From positions 203,011-267,010 of the forward strand of contig CAVPHZ010000002.1 of NCBI GenBank assembly GCA_963704905.1: DNA of 64,000 nucleotides, read 5' to 3'. Positions 11,456 to 22,124 of the stretch are shown here, piece after piece. Made by a program: the position numbers and the translations under genes. This DNA is from Candidatus Chisholmbacteria bacterium (lineage in GTDB: Bacteria; Patescibacteriota; Microgenomatia; UBA1400; Chisholmbacteraceae). The notes under the pieces are model-generated. The model had not been told where the DNA came from and made no database searches. It saw nothing but the letters and a program-made list of their open reading frames with translations. Every line of letters begins with the position of its first letter. Position 1 is the first letter of the stretch.

Positions 11456-14398
11456 ATGAAAGAAAATGTAATTAAGGTTATTGGTGCCAATCAGCATAAC
11501 CTAAAAAACGTCAACTTAAAGTTTCCCAAGAACAAACTTGTTGTCTTTACTGGTGTCTCAGGGAGTGGTAAAAGCTCAATGGCCTTTGATACCATTTACG
11601 CTGAAGGGCAACGTCGGTATGTGGAGTCACTGAGTTCGTATGCTCGGCAATTTCTCGGCATCATGAACAAACCGGAAGTAGAATCAATCGAAGGGCTTTC
11701 TCCAGCAATCTCGATTGACCAGAAGACTACTAGTCACAATCCTCGTTCGACTGTCGGAACCATCACGGAAATTTATGACTACCTGAGACTGCTGTACGCC
11801 AGAGTTGGACATCCGCACTGTCCAAAATGTGGAAAGGAAATCAGCAAACAATCACCACAGCAAATCTCTGAAGCAATTCTTGAACTGATAGTTGCAGAAA
11901 CTCGAAAAGAATCTCATGCAAGAGCCTTGCTTCTGGCTCCAATAGTTCGAGATAGAAAAGGAGAATTTACTTCTTTGTTTAGAAATCTTAAATCTCAAGG
12001 TTTTCAACGGGTAAGAATAGATGGAACCGTATTTGATGTCGATGAAGATCTATTCCTAATCAAAACGAACAAACATACAATTGACGTCGTTATCGATCGT
12101 ATCGCCTTTTCAAAAAAAGAAGCGAAAGATGATGTTTCCATCAGCAACATGAGGAGTCGGATCTCGAGATCAGTTGAACAGGCACTCAACTTAAGCAGTG
12201 GTCTTGTGGTTATTGCTCTGATTAAAGACAAAGGCTTCAATCTACCAGAGAGACCAAAGCAATTTGAAAATCATCTTTACTCAGAACATTTTGCCTGTCC
12301 TGATGACAATATCAGCCTTCCGGAGATAGAACCTCGCTCCTTTTCATTCAACTCCCCACATGGCGCCTGTCCTACCTGTAACGGCCTTGGAACGCTTCTT
12401 AAAGTCGATTCGGATCTTATGATAAACCCAAGGTTAACAATTGCCCAAGGTGCGATCTTACCCTACGCGAGTCTTACTTCAGAACGTGGGAGTTGGTATG
12501 GTCGGCTTATTCATTCGATTCTGGAGGTGTACAACGAGTCTCCTGATACGACTTGGGAGCATCTTCCTTCTGGTTTAAGAGAAATTCTCCTTAATGGTGA
12601 TGATTCTCGAGTTTTCACGATATCAGGAACCAGTAATTCAGGGAAAAGTAGATCGTACGATACAACCTTTGAAGGCATCATCAACAACCTTTCCAGAAGA
12701 TATAGAGAAACCCAATCTGAAATCGTCAGAGCCGAAATAGAAAAATACATGCGCAAGGAAATATGTCCCGAGTGTAAAGGTGCACGATTGAAGAAAGAGG
12801 CACTCTCAATTACCATTGAAGATCAAAATATTATTGATATCACTCGAAAACAAATTTATCATGCGCGGAAATGGATTCGCGCACTCAGCACCGACATCTT
12901 CCTCACGGATAAAGAAAATATCATAGGAGGACCAATCATTAAGGAGATTAACGCCCGTCTGGATTTTCTCGTCTCAGTTGGTTTAGCCTATTTAACCCTC
13001 GATCGTGAAGCTTCAACCTTAGCTGGCGGAGAAGCACAAAGAATTCGTTTAGCCTCTCAAATTGGAAGTGGTCTGACAGGAGTATTATATGTACTTGACG
13101 AGCCTACCGTTGGTCTCCATCAACGTGACAACCAACGTCTGATTACCACACTCAAAAATCTACGAGATCTTGGAAATACAGTGCTGGTTGTTGAGCACGA
13201 CCGCGATACCATAGAAAATGCAGACTGGATCGTGGATTTTGGTCTGGGTGCAGGGAAATATGGCGGAGAGCTAATCGCAGAAGGTACACTAGCACACATC
13301 AAAAAATCAAAAAGATCATTAACCGGAAAATACCTGAGTGGGAAAAAACACGTCAAGTACGAAAGGCTTCTGGATAATGGTAGCGTTAGCTCCGAAGTTA
13401 CAATCGGCTCAATCATTCTTGAGGGTTGTACACATCACAATCTGAAAAATGTCAATGTCAGGTTTCCCTTAGGAAAATTAGTCTGTATAACCGGAGTCTC
13501 TGGTTCTGGAAAATCAACACTAATTCACGATATCCTTTATCATGCTCTTTCTCGAGAATTGAATTTCCTCCACAAAGATAAACCGGGAGAGTTTAAATCC
13601 ATCAAAGGTGTTGGAGAAATATCAAAAGTCAGTCTTATTGACCAAAGTCCGATTGGTAAGACACCACGTTCGAATCCAGCCACCTATACAAAAGCTTTTG
13701 ACCATATAAGAAAACTATTTTCGTTGACGAAGGATGCAGCTGTTAGCGGTTATCAGCCAGGAAGATTCTCTTTCAACGTACGTGGCGGTCGATGTGAAGC
13801 ATGCCAGGGTGGTGGTCAGGTAAAAATTGAGATGCAATTCCTTCCCGATGTATACGTAACATGTGAAGTATGTAACGGCACACGATATAACAATGAAACA
13901 CTTGAAATCCGCTACCGCGGAAAAACCATCAATGATGTCTTGAAAATGAATGTAGATGAAGCAGTGGAATTTTTTGGTCAAATATCAGGTCTTGGTATAA
14001 AGTTAAAAATGCTGAAAGAGGTAGGTCTCGGTTACATTGAACTCGGACAACCAGCGCCAACACTTTCTGGAGGAGAAGCTCAACGCATAAAAATTTCTCG
14101 CGAGCTTTCAGTGACCAGTCCAGGTCACACAGTATATCTTCTTGACGAACCAACAACTGGATTACACTTTGCCGATCTGGAAAAACTTTTGAGCGTACTC
14201 AAACAGCTTGTATTTCATGGAAACACGGTCATTGTCATCGAACACAACCTCGATATTATTAAAAATGCTGACCACATTATTGATCTCGGACCGGAAGGTG
14301 GCGATGAGGGTGGTAAACTAATTGCAGAAGGAACACCAAAGCAAGTAGCAAAAATCAAATCCTCACACACAGGAAACTTTTTAAGCCGAGTCCTCTAA
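11456..14398 (+). CDS. uvrA: Excinuclease ABC subunit A
   Basis: Two GVSGSGKS P-loops, zinc-finger CxxC pairs and LSGGEAQR signature. Confidence 0.97.
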   Translation: MKENVIKVIGANQHNLKNVNLKFPKNKLVVFTGVSGSGKSSMAFDTIYAEGQRRYVESLSSYARQFLGIMNKPEVESIEGLSPAISIDQKTTSHNPRSTVGTITEIYDYLRLLYARVGHPHCPKCGKEISKQSPQQISEAILELIVAETRKESHARALLLAPIVRDRKGEFTSLFRNLKSQGFQRVRIDGTVFDVDEDLFLIKTNKHTIDVVIDRIAFSKKEAKDDVSISNMRSRISRSVEQALNLSSGLVVIALIKDKGFNLPERPKQFENHLYSEHFACPDDNISLPEIEPRSFSFNSPHGACPTCNGLGTLLKVDSDLMINPRLTIAQGAILPYASLTSERGSWYGRLIHSILEVYNESPDTTWEHLPSGLREILLNGDDSRVFTISGTSNSGKSRSYDTTFEGIINNLSRRYRETQSEIVRAEIEKYMRKEICPECKGARLKKEALSITIEDQNIIDITRKQIYHARKWIRALSTDIFLTDKENIIGGPIIKEINARLDFLVSVGLAYLTLDREASTLAGGEAQRIRLASQIGSGLTGVLYVLDEPTVGLHQRDNQRLITTLKNLRDLGNTVLVVEHDRDTIENADWIVDFGLGAGKYGGELIAEGTLAHIKKSKRSLTGKYLSGKKHVKYERLLDNGSVSSEVTIGSIILEGCTHHNLKNVNVRFPLGKLVCITGVSGSGKSTLIHDILYHALSRELNFLHKDKPGEFKSIKGVGEISKVSLIDQSPIGKTPRSNPATYTKAFDHIRKLFSLTKDAAVSGYQPGRFSFNVRGGRCEACQGGGQVKIEMQFLPDVYVTCEVCNGTRYNNETLEIRYRGKTINDVLKMNVDEAVEFFGQISGLGIKLKMLKEVGLGYIELGQPAPTLSGGEAQRIKISRELSVTSPGHTVYLLDEPTTGLHFADLEKLLSVLKQLVFHGNTVIVIEHNLDIIKNADHIIDLGPEGGDEGGKLIAEGTPKQVAKIKSSHTGNFLSRVL

Positions 14399-14432
14399 TA
14401 CTAGAGATCAATACCTTCATTCCTCTACAATA

Positions 14433-16313
14433 GTGAACATGACTGCACGCCTAAAGTTTTTATTTGTACTCTGTGTGTCGCTCCTTCTATTTTTTTTCAA
14501 AACTGGTAAGGCAATAGCATCAGACGACTTCTTCATTCAATCAACATCAACATATGTTGTCGGTGTAGAGGGAAGAACTGCAGTCCAACACCAAATTAGT
14601 TTGACCAACAAAAAACTCAACATTTTTGCTACCCAGTATGCCTTATCAGTTGCTTCAACTAGGATTAGTAATGTATGGGCAAAAGATGGAATTGCATCGC
14701 TGACACCAAATGTAACAAAAACTGCAAATGCCACGAATATCTCGATTGATTTCAAGCAAAAAGCAGTCGGAGAAGGCCAAACACTGACATTTTTTATTGG
14801 CTATGAGGATGATGACATCACGCAAAAAATTGGTAGGGTTCGAGAAATGAACATTCCACGCCCTGAGGATATCCAAACCTATGAGCAATACACGATTAAA
14901 CTGATAGTTCCAAACGAATTTGAAGCTCCGGTTCAAATAATTCCACAGGCCAGCACAGTTACACATGGGGTAAATACAACCTTGTATACGTTCAATAGAG
15001 ATACTATTTTCGATCGTGGCGTGACTGCATTGTTTGGAGAGCATCAGTTCTTTTCTTTCGATCTGAGATACTCACTTCAAAATACAACGCCGATTGCCAG
15101 AACCATGGAAATTGCCCTCCCACCTGACACTGCAAACCAAACGATGATTTATGATGCAATCACCCCTCTTCCGGATAATATGAAAGTAGATAATGATGGA
15201 AACTGGATCGCGGAATATAAGGTCGATCCCAGAGAACAAATGGAGATTCATGCTGCCGGATCGGTAATTATTAGTCTTCTACCTAATGAAAAAGTATTTC
15301 AAGATTTCTCAAATCTCGATGAATATACTCGATCACAATCTCTTTGGCCAACCGACGATCCAGAAATCAAGCGTCTTGCCAAAGAACTCAAGACGGCTGA
15401 AAACATATACAACTTTGTCGTAGATCACCTGAGCTATAACACTAATCGCATTGATGCTCAGGCAAAGCGCTTGGGAGCCAAACAAGCATACGAGCAACCA
15501 GATCAAGCAATCTGTATGGAATTTACGGATCTTTTCATTGCAATCGCACGAGCAGCTGGTATACCTGCGAGGGAATTAAATGGTTTTGCCTATACGCAAA
15601 ACCCGGATCTCCGCCCACTTAGTCTCCGCCAGGACATTCTTCACGCCTGGCCTGAGTACTATGACCAACAGCAACAACGCTGGATCCAAATTGATCCTAC
15701 CTGGGGAAACACAACCCAAGGAATCGACTACTTTTCGCGATTTGACTTAAATCATTTTGTATTTGTTATCCACGGAACTGACGCTCAAGCACCATATCCT
15801 GCTGGTTTTTATAAAGCTGAAGGTTTTGAAGGAAAAGATATAGAGATAGTTCCCACGGATAGAGATCCAAAAATTATTGATCAGCTTCAGCTGGCCATAA
15901 ATCTGCCCGATCAAATCACAGCCGGATTTACAAACCGGTCAACCATTACGATACAAAATCACGGAAACACCGCACTGCAAAATGGAAAAGTAGAGGTAAG
16001 AACCACTGGGTTTGATATACTCACTCCGACGGTTTATAACATCAATGTTCTACTTCCATACACTGAAGTAGAACTTCCAGTAATCGTAAAAGGATCAAGT
16101 TTCTTTGACACAAAAATCGGGTCAATTCGTGTTGAATCAGGAAAATATGCAGATGAAAAACAAATTAAAATCAAAGCAACAACAACGACAATCCCAACCA
16201 TCATCACAACCATGGCAGTGGGTGCGGCATTTGCCGTTATTGCCACAAGACCCAGGCGTATATTCTTTTCTCTCAAAAAACGGTTCCATTCTTTACGTAG
16301 GAAAAGCAAATAA
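14433..16313 (+). CDS. Exported transglutaminase-like domain protein with C-terminal membrane anchor
   Basis: Signal peptide; AICMEFTDLF...GIPAR...HAWPEY...IDPTW (Cys-His-Asp triad); C-terminal hydrophobic segment with basic tail. Confidence 0.85.
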   Translation: MNMTARLKFLFVLCVSLLLFFFKTGKAIASDDFFIQSTSTYVVGVEGRTAVQHQISLTNKKLNIFATQYALSVASTRISNVWAKDGIASLTPNVTKTANATNISIDFKQKAVGEGQTLTFFIGYEDDDITQKIGRVREMNIPRPEDIQTYEQYTIKLIVPNEFEAPVQIIPQASTVTHGVNTTLYTFNRDTIFDRGVTALFGEHQFFSFDLRYSLQNTTPIARTMEIALPPDTANQTMIYDAITPLPDNMKVDNDGNWIAEYKVDPREQMEIHAAGSVIISLLPNEKVFQDFSNLDEYTRSQSLWPTDDPEIKRLAKELKTAENIYNFVVDHLSYNTNRIDAQAKRLGAKQAYEQPDQAICMEFTDLFIAIARAAGIPARELNGFAYTQNPDLRPLSLRQDILHAWPEYYDQQQQRWIQIDPTWGNTTQGIDYFSRFDLNHFVFVIHGTDAQAPYPAGFYKAEGFEGKDIEIVPTDRDPKIIDQLQLAINLPDQITAGFTNRSTITIQNHGNTALQNGKVEVRTTGFDILTPTVYNINVLLPYTEVELPVIVKGSSFFDTKIGSIRVESGKYADEKQIKIKATTTTIPTIITTMAVGAAFAVIATRPRRIFFSLKKRFHSLRRKSK

Positions 16314-17523
16314 TCTTAAAAAAAGAATCCAATCCTACAAACACAAAACTGGCCATGATCCAAAAACGAGAGTTCTTCTCAAAACCGCTACGAGATTAAA
16401 ATACATTCAACTCGAATCAGAGTTTGAAGCTCTGCTCGTCGAAGCAGAACTCATTAAAACCCACAAGCCAAAGTACAACATTCGGTTGAAGGATGATAAA
16501 TCTCCACTGTATATCATTATTACCAAATCCAATTTTCCCAGAGTACTCACAGCCAGAAAATCAGATATCGAAGCGGGAAAAGTGACAGGCTTTATATTTG
16601 GGCCATATGCCTCGGCTCTTCAAGTAAAATTTGTCTTACGCTCAATTCGAAAAATCTTCCCCTACTGCAACGCAACAGAGAAACAGAGACGGATAAAAAA
16701 ACCATGCTTTTATTATCATCTGGGCTTATGTTCTGGAGCTTGCGTAGGAAAAATCTCTAAAACGGACTATAGGGATATCATCAACAACTTGAGACTCTTC
16801 CTAAAAGGCAAGCGCAGCAGCGTTACTCAGGGTGTTACCAAACGGATGCATCAGGCTTCACGTTCTAAACACTTTGAAGAAGCTGCAAAATGGAGAGATC
16901 AACTTCAAGCTATTGATGCTCTTCAACAACAGAGAAATTTCGCCCTACGCTACTCTTCAACTCAAGCACCGTCCAACCTGGCTAGAAAAGAACTCTGGAA
17001 AACAATAGCACCATTTGTTATTAGAAGTGGTTGTCAGCTACCCGACAGTCCATTTAAACGAATCGAAGCATATGATGTTTCAAATATCTCCGGAACAAGC
17101 GCCACCGCTTCAATGATCGTATTCACAGACGGTACACCAGATAAAAATCAATATCGGAAATTCAAAATACGCCTGAAAAATGAGCCTGATGACAGTATGA
17201 TGCTGGCCGAAGCGATCAGCCGTCGACTCAATCATCGTGAATGGACATTTCCAGAGTTAATGGTTATAGATGGAGGAAAAGGTCAGGTACAAATTATCAA
17301 AAAAGTTCTCGCCTCCAAAGGGTTGCATCATAGAATACCTGTAATTGGGCTTGCCAAAAGAAACGAAGAAATCATAGTACATAAGCAGACTTTCCATGCC
17401 ATACGACTCCGAAAAGTGTCAAGTGCTCTACGGCTACTCATGCACATGAGAGACGAAGCGCATCGGTTCGCTAGAGTTTATCATCATATACTCAGAGAGA
17501 GAAAACTGTTTGAGGCTGAATAA
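16147..17523 (+). CDS. uvrC: Excinuclease ABC subunit C (short form, no C-terminal HhH); start uncertain
   Basis: PGVY...LYVGKA GIY-YIG motif, PKYNIRLKDDK, RIEAYDVSN, VIDGGKGQ and RDEAHRFA. Confidence 0.9.
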   Translation: MQMKNKLKSKQQQRQSQPSSQPWQWVRHLPLLPQDPGVYSFLSKNGSILYVGKANNLKKRIQSYKHKTGHDPKTRVLLKTATRLKYIQLESEFEALLVEAELIKTHKPKYNIRLKDDKSPLYIIITKSNFPRVLTARKSDIEAGKVTGFIFGPYASALQVKFVLRSIRKIFPYCNATEKQRRIKKPCFYYHLGLCSGACVGKISKTDYRDIINNLRLFLKGKRSSVTQGVTKRMHQASRSKHFEEAAKWRDQLQAIDALQQQRNFALRYSSTQAPSNLARKELWKTIAPFVIRSGCQLPDSPFKRIEAYDVSNISGTSATASMIVFTDGTPDKNQYRKFKIRLKNEPDDSMMLAEAISRRLNHREWTFPELMVIDGGKGQVQIIKKVLASKGLHHRIPVIGLAKRNEEIIVHKQTFHAIRLRKVSSALRLLMHMRDEAHRFARVYHHILRERKLFEAE

Positions 17524-17580
17524 TAAATATCTGGACGTTAGCATCATAGCTGAGTAAAATAGATAGTATTGATAATTCTT

Positions 17581-17988
17581 ATGAAATCACTTCTCAGGTC
17601 ATTTATCATCAATATTGCAGCTCTTTATATTGCTTCAAACATTATCCCTGGAATGATGTATTCCGGAGGAATTCAAACGCTCATTTTTGCGACGTTAGTT
17701 CTGGCAATTATGAATCTTCTCATCCGTCCTATTATTAACATTCTGCTATTACCGATCAATTTGATAACCTTGGGTGCATTTCGTTGGTTAGTGAACGTAT
17801 TCGTCTTGTTTCTTCTAATCGTAGTAATTTCTAATCTCAATATAGAAGCGTTCTCATTTTCTGGTTTTGAATATCAAGGATTTACAGTGCCAGACATTGA
17901 AGTTTCAAGATTTTGGAGTATAGTACTTTCCTCTCTCACAATAAGCTTTACAAACGCCTTCTTGTTTTGGCTGGCAAAAGAGGAATAA
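17581..17988 (+). CDS. YvlD / phage holin superfamily IV-like membrane protein
   Basis: NLLIRPII...LPINLITLGAFRWLVN motif and four hydrophobic helices. Confidence 0.8.
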   Translation: MKSLLRSFIINIAALYIASNIIPGMMYSGGIQTLIFATLVLAIMNLLIRPIINILLLPINLITLGAFRWLVNVFVLFLLIVVISNLNIEAFSFSGFEYQGFTVPDIEVSRFWSIVLSSLTISFTNAFLFWLAKEE

Positions 17989-18031
17989 GTCAAGGCAAAT
18001 CTGGATTCATCATGATATACTCAAACCTCAT

Positions 18032-18247
18032 ATGAATACTGGACTGATCATTTTCCAAATGATTGTCTCCATCCTCCTCATCGGAGCAATTATGTTGCAG
18101 GCACAAGGTACTGGATTGGGGAGTGCTTGGGGTGGAGGCGGCGAAACCTATCGCTCCAAACGGGGCGTGGAACGTATCCTGCTCATCTCAACTATCATAT
18201 TAACGATAGTATTCCTGTTAACTGCACTAGCTAGTTTAGCCTTATAA
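18032..18247 (+). CDS. secG: Preprotein translocase subunit SecG
   Basis: Two TM helices flanking LQAQGTGLGSAWGG...RGVE. Confidence 0.9.
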   Translation: MNTGLIIFQMIVSILLIGAIMLQAQGTGLGSAWGGGGETYRSKRGVERILLISTIILTIVFLLTALASLAL

Positions 18248-18272
18248 ACTAGCCTGTATAGTCTTATAACCC

Positions 18273-19637
18273 ATGATGAAATCACTTCGAGTATCCTATT
18301 GGATGCTTTCCGGTTTCTTAAAAAAACATAAAAGAATTCTCTTACTCGGAATTGTATTGGGAATTTCCATCATGGTCCTGCTTCCCAGGATCAACAATCT
18401 TCTTCCTGAACCAACACGACGAGAAAAAATTGCAGTGATAGGGAATCCTACGTTATCGGAAATTCCACGCTTTATCCAAGAACAGATCAGCTTTGGACTC
18501 ACCGCCATCACTCCATCCGGGGAAGCAACACCAGCGGCGGCACAGTCATTCAGGGTTGAAGACGACGGTAAACGCTACGTGTTCAAATTACGCCATGATC
18601 TGAATTGGCATGATGGGAAGTCGTTTACCGCGGAAGACGTAAACTACAACTTTGAAGATGTGGAGATCAAACTCCAAAGTCAAGATGAAATTGTTTTTCA
18701 ACTCAAAGAACCGTTTGCTCCCTTTCCAACAATTGTCAGCCAACCGCTTTTTCGCCAGGAAAGATCGAAACTATTAAGAGGAAATCTTTCCCTTCTTGGT
18801 TTAGGGGAAGCAAAGGTCATCAAACTTACGCATTCCTCTCAGGGAAGTCAGAAAATAAATGAGCTTGTTCTTCAAATGGATGAAGGAATTCGATCCTATC
18901 GATTCTACAATACTCAGGAAGCAGCCATTACAGCATTTAAGTTGGGGGAGATAAACACAATACTTGAACTCTCATCGCCTGGAGAGTTGGCCAGTTGGCC
19001 GACGACAATAGTAGAAGAAAACGTACATTCCGATCGCTATGTTGCTTTATTTTTTAATACACAAAATGAATTTCTAGGTAGTAAAAATTTTAGAAAAGCA
19101 CTTACGTATGCAGTTCCAACCAAACCCATAAACGAGCTCAGAGCCATTAGTCCGATCAATCCGAACTCCTGGGCATATAATCCTCAAGTCAGAACCTATG
19201 AATTCGATCTGGAAGCAGCAAAAAATCTCCTTGATCAAGAAAAAGAAGAAAATGAAAATTTCGATCCGGTCATAGAACTCACCACGACACTCCCTCATCT
19301 TGATACAGCAGAGCTTATTAGAGAGCAATGGGAATTGCTAGGCATCCGCACCGCAATTAAAGTAGTCACGTATCTTCCTGAGGAAATGCAAGTTCTGCTC
19401 ATCGCCCAGGAGATTCCAGCCGACCCAGATCAATATAGTTTTTGGCATTCTACTCAGCCAACCAACTTCACTAAATATAATAGCCCAAAAGTAGATAAAC
19501 TACTCGAGGATGGGAGACAAACCCTTGACCAGCAGGAACGAACGCTTCTCTATCAGGACTTTCAACGTTTCCTTGTTGAGGATGCCCCAGCCGCTTTTCT
19601 TTATCATCATCGAACCTATTCCGTCTCGAGACAGTAA
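18273..19637 (+). CDS. Membrane-anchored ABC substrate-binding protein, family 5 (peptide/nickel type)
   Basis: YVFKLR..L.WHDG..FTAEDV motif and YNSPKVDKLLEDGR C-terminal motif. Confidence 0.85.
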   Translation: MMKSLRVSYWMLSGFLKKHKRILLLGIVLGISIMVLLPRINNLLPEPTRREKIAVIGNPTLSEIPRFIQEQISFGLTAITPSGEATPAAAQSFRVEDDGKRYVFKLRHDLNWHDGKSFTAEDVNYNFEDVEIKLQSQDEIVFQLKEPFAPFPTIVSQPLFRQERSKLLRGNLSLLGLGEAKVIKLTHSSQGSQKINELVLQMDEGIRSYRFYNTQEAAITAFKLGEINTILELSSPGELASWPTTIVEENVHSDRYVALFFNTQNEFLGSKNFRKALTYAVPTKPINELRAISPINPNSWAYNPQVRTYEFDLEAAKNLLDQEKEENENFDPVIELTTTLPHLDTAELIREQWELLGIRTAIKVVTYLPEEMQVLLIAQEIPADPDQYSFWHSTQPTNFTKYNSPKVDKLLEDGRQTLDQQERTLLYQDFQRFLVEDAPAAFLYHHRTYSVSRQ

Positions 19638-19682
19638 ATTGACCCAACTCGTTCCCTGTGCTAGCCTGTTCATAGCATATCT

Positions 19683-20936
19683 ATGACATTAGTCGCCAAC
19701 TCTGTCCCTACTCCCCAGACTTCATCAAAAATCTCAACCCGATTTTTAAAAGATGCTTTCGATGAGCATGCCAGAGATGCAGTTTCGTTTGTTTCTACGC
19801 TGATACGTGAATCTGTAACCTTAAGAGCTTCAGATGTATTTATAGAACCACAAAAAAACAACTTTAGAGTTCGTGCTCGGGTAGATGGTGTGATGCATGA
19901 GCTGGGAGAAATCCCTCTCATATCTGCCGAACCGGTTGTTTCACGTATAAAAGTTCTATCTCAGCTTGACCCTACTGAAAAACGCCGTGTACAGGAAGGG
20001 CAATTTACCATCGAACATGAAAAAAAGACCATCAACGTTCGTGTAGAAATTGCCCAAACCGTGCATGGGGAACTCATCGTTGTCAGAATCCATGAGAGAG
20101 AATCAATTATCATGGAGTTATCTCAGCTTGGCTTTAGCGATCAGAACTATGCAACCTATCTTGATGTTCTGAAATACCGAAGCGGGCTCATTCTTGTAAG
20201 TGGTCCGACCGGCTGCGGAAAAACAACCACGCTCTATTCCACAATTAACCATATCAATAAAGATAAGCAATTCAACGTAATGACAGTCGAAGACCCTGTG
20301 GAGTATCAGATGGATGGTCTCAATCAAATGCAAACCCAGAATGAGATCGGATTCACTTTCGCAGAAGGGCTAAAAACTATCCTTCGTCTAAGTCCCGATA
20401 TTGTCTTTGTCGGAGAGATACGGGATCGTGAAACAGCAGAAATCGCTGTTGAGTCAGGATTGACCGGCCAACTAGTGCTTTCGACTATACATGCAGACGA
20501 TGCTGTAGGTGCTCTCTTTCGAATGCTCGATCTCGACATTGAGCCCTATCTGCTCAACTCATCTCTAACCGGAATAGTTTCTCAACGCTTGGTTCGAAAA
20601 ATATGCCCAAACTGTATTACTGAATACCAACCATCCGAACCCGAACGAGACATATTTCAAAATGTCATTGGAAATATTCCAGAAAAATTACGTAGAGGAA
20701 AAGGATGTTTTACCTGTCAAAATCTAACATTTCAGGGAAGAACCGCAATTTTTGAAGTATTGAAGATGGATGCCAATATTCGTGAAGAGCTTCGGAAAAA
20801 CAGTAATGAGGATCAGCTCAGAAAAGACCTCAGAGACAAGGGATATAACACACTCCTTGCTGATGGCCTACAAAAAGTTGAGCAGGGATTAACCACAACA
20901 GACGAAGTCTTCCGATCTAGCCTCAGGGTTCTCTGA
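19683..20936 (+). CDS. GspE/PilB family secretion or pilus assembly ATPase
   Basis: ASDVFIEP, GPTGCGKTTT, TVEDPVE, GEIRD, SQRLVR and CxxC zinc motifs. Confidence 0.9.
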   Translation: MTLVANSVPTPQTSSKISTRFLKDAFDEHARDAVSFVSTLIRESVTLRASDVFIEPQKNNFRVRARVDGVMHELGEIPLISAEPVVSRIKVLSQLDPTEKRRVQEGQFTIEHEKKTINVRVEIAQTVHGELIVVRIHERESIIMELSQLGFSDQNYATYLDVLKYRSGLILVSGPTGCGKTTTLYSTINHINKDKQFNVMTVEDPVEYQMDGLNQMQTQNEIGFTFAEGLKTILRLSPDIVFVGEIRDRETAEIAVESGLTGQLVLSTIHADDAVGALFRMLDLDIEPYLLNSSLTGIVSQRLVRKICPNCITEYQPSEPERDIFQNVIGNIPEKLRRGKGCFTCQNLTFQGRTAIFEVLKMDANIREELRKNSNEDQLRKDLRDKGYNTLLADGLQKVEQGLTTTDEVFRSSLRVL

Positions 20937-20984
20937 TCGTCAAAGTTGAGATTCTCAGAGTAAAATGTAGAATACACCAAGAAT

Positions 20985-21692
20985 ATGCGGAAACTAAAGA
21001 GTGTGGCGAAGCTTTTGCTTCTTACGTTCATTGTTACAATCTATTTCACTCGAAGGCAAATTGGAGAATATGTTATTACAGTAAATGGACAAAGAATTCC
21101 AGAGGAACATCGTTCAATCATTCGGGAGTCCGCATCCGAAAAATTGTTGCGTAATCCAAGTCCCGAACCTTTGAACCATACGGAACCAAGTCCGACACCC
21201 ACATCATCACAGAATCCAAAAACCAAAACTCCTTCACCGACAAACAATCCTGAGTTGGATCTAAACTATCAGCTCGAACCGTGTGAAAACGATGACGAGG
21301 TAGGCTGTTATATGATTCGAAACGCACCGTCAGAAACCATGAGTACGGTTGATGACCTCAATCTTGCCGTAAATGCATATCGGAGTAACCATAATCTCTC
21401 ACAAATGTTTATTGATCAGCAGCTATGTGAAGTTGCAGATATTCGTGCCAAAGAAGTTGAAGAAGAATTTAGTCATGCAAAATTTGGGGAACATGTAGAA
21501 AACGGGGATTTCGATTACATCGGTTTTCACACCATTGCTGAAAATCTCTGGCAAGGAAGTTTTTCAGCCGTTCATATCGTTGAATTTGGCTGGGATAAAT
21601 CCGACGGTCATCGTGCCAATCTTCAAGGAAGTTGGAATCGCGGTTGCGCCGGGATTCATGGAATAAATGCAGTATTTATCTTTGTAAACTAA
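20985..21692 (+). CDS. CAP (SCP-like) domain protein with Pro/Thr linker
   Basis: VNAYR...FSH...AENL...WDKSDGHRANL motif. Confidence 0.8.
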   Translation: MRKLKSVAKLLLLTFIVTIYFTRRQIGEYVITVNGQRIPEEHRSIIRESASEKLLRNPSPEPLNHTEPSPTPTSSQNPKTKTPSPTNNPELDLNYQLEPCENDDEVGCYMIRNAPSETMSTVDDLNLAVNAYRSNHNLSQMFIDQQLCEVADIRAKEVEEEFSHAKFGEHVENGDFDYIGFHTIAENLWQGSFSAVHIVEFGWDKSDGHRANLQGSWNRGCAGIHGINAVFIFVN

Positions 21693-21694
21693 TC

Positions 21695-21880
21695 ATGGCT
21701 GCTACAGAATCAAGACCCGGGAATATTGAAAGAGGTGCAAACATTCTAAGAGATGTAAGTCTTATCGTCGGTGGTATTGCCCTATTCTTTGGGAGATTTG
21801 GGAAAGCAGCAATTGCTGCAATTTCTGCAGTGGTAAGTCACGCAAGTGCGAAATATCTCAAATCACGAAGAGAGGGCTAA
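21695..21880 (+). CDS. Small membrane protein
   Basis: 61-codon ATG ORF with a hydrophobic core, directly after the CAP gene. Confidence 0.45.
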   Translation: MAATESRPGNIERGANILRDVSLIVGGIALFFGRFGKAAIAAISAVVSHASAKYLKSRREG

Positions 21881-21896
21881 AGGTCAATGGTATACT

Positions 21897-22100
21897 ATGA
21901 GCATGGTAAAGAAAAAAACCCAGAAGAAAACCATTTCAACTGATAGATCATTCTTTTACTCGATAGGCGTTGCTATTATTTCCATCTTTGCTGTTCTGCT
22001 TTTTACGCAGGATCAGATCACCAGATTTACACTCATCATCCCAATTCTTTCCGGTTGGATTCTCATAAACATCTTCATGTTGCCCGAGGAAGAGAACTAA
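21897..22100 (+). CDS. Small two-TM membrane protein
   Basis: Basic N-terminus and two hydrophobic segments; TGGTATACT extended -10 upstream. Confidence 0.55.
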   Translation: MSMVKKKTQKKTISTDRSFFYSIGVAIISIFAVLLFTQDQITRFTLIIPILSGWILINIFMLPEEEN

Positions 22101-22124
22101 CATCAGGTCAGATTTCAAACTTGT

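Noticed and set aside
17581-17988. Prophage signal from the holin-like gene
   Set aside because: YvlD-like genes are commonly chromosomal near uvr genes, and no phage structural or integrase genes are present.
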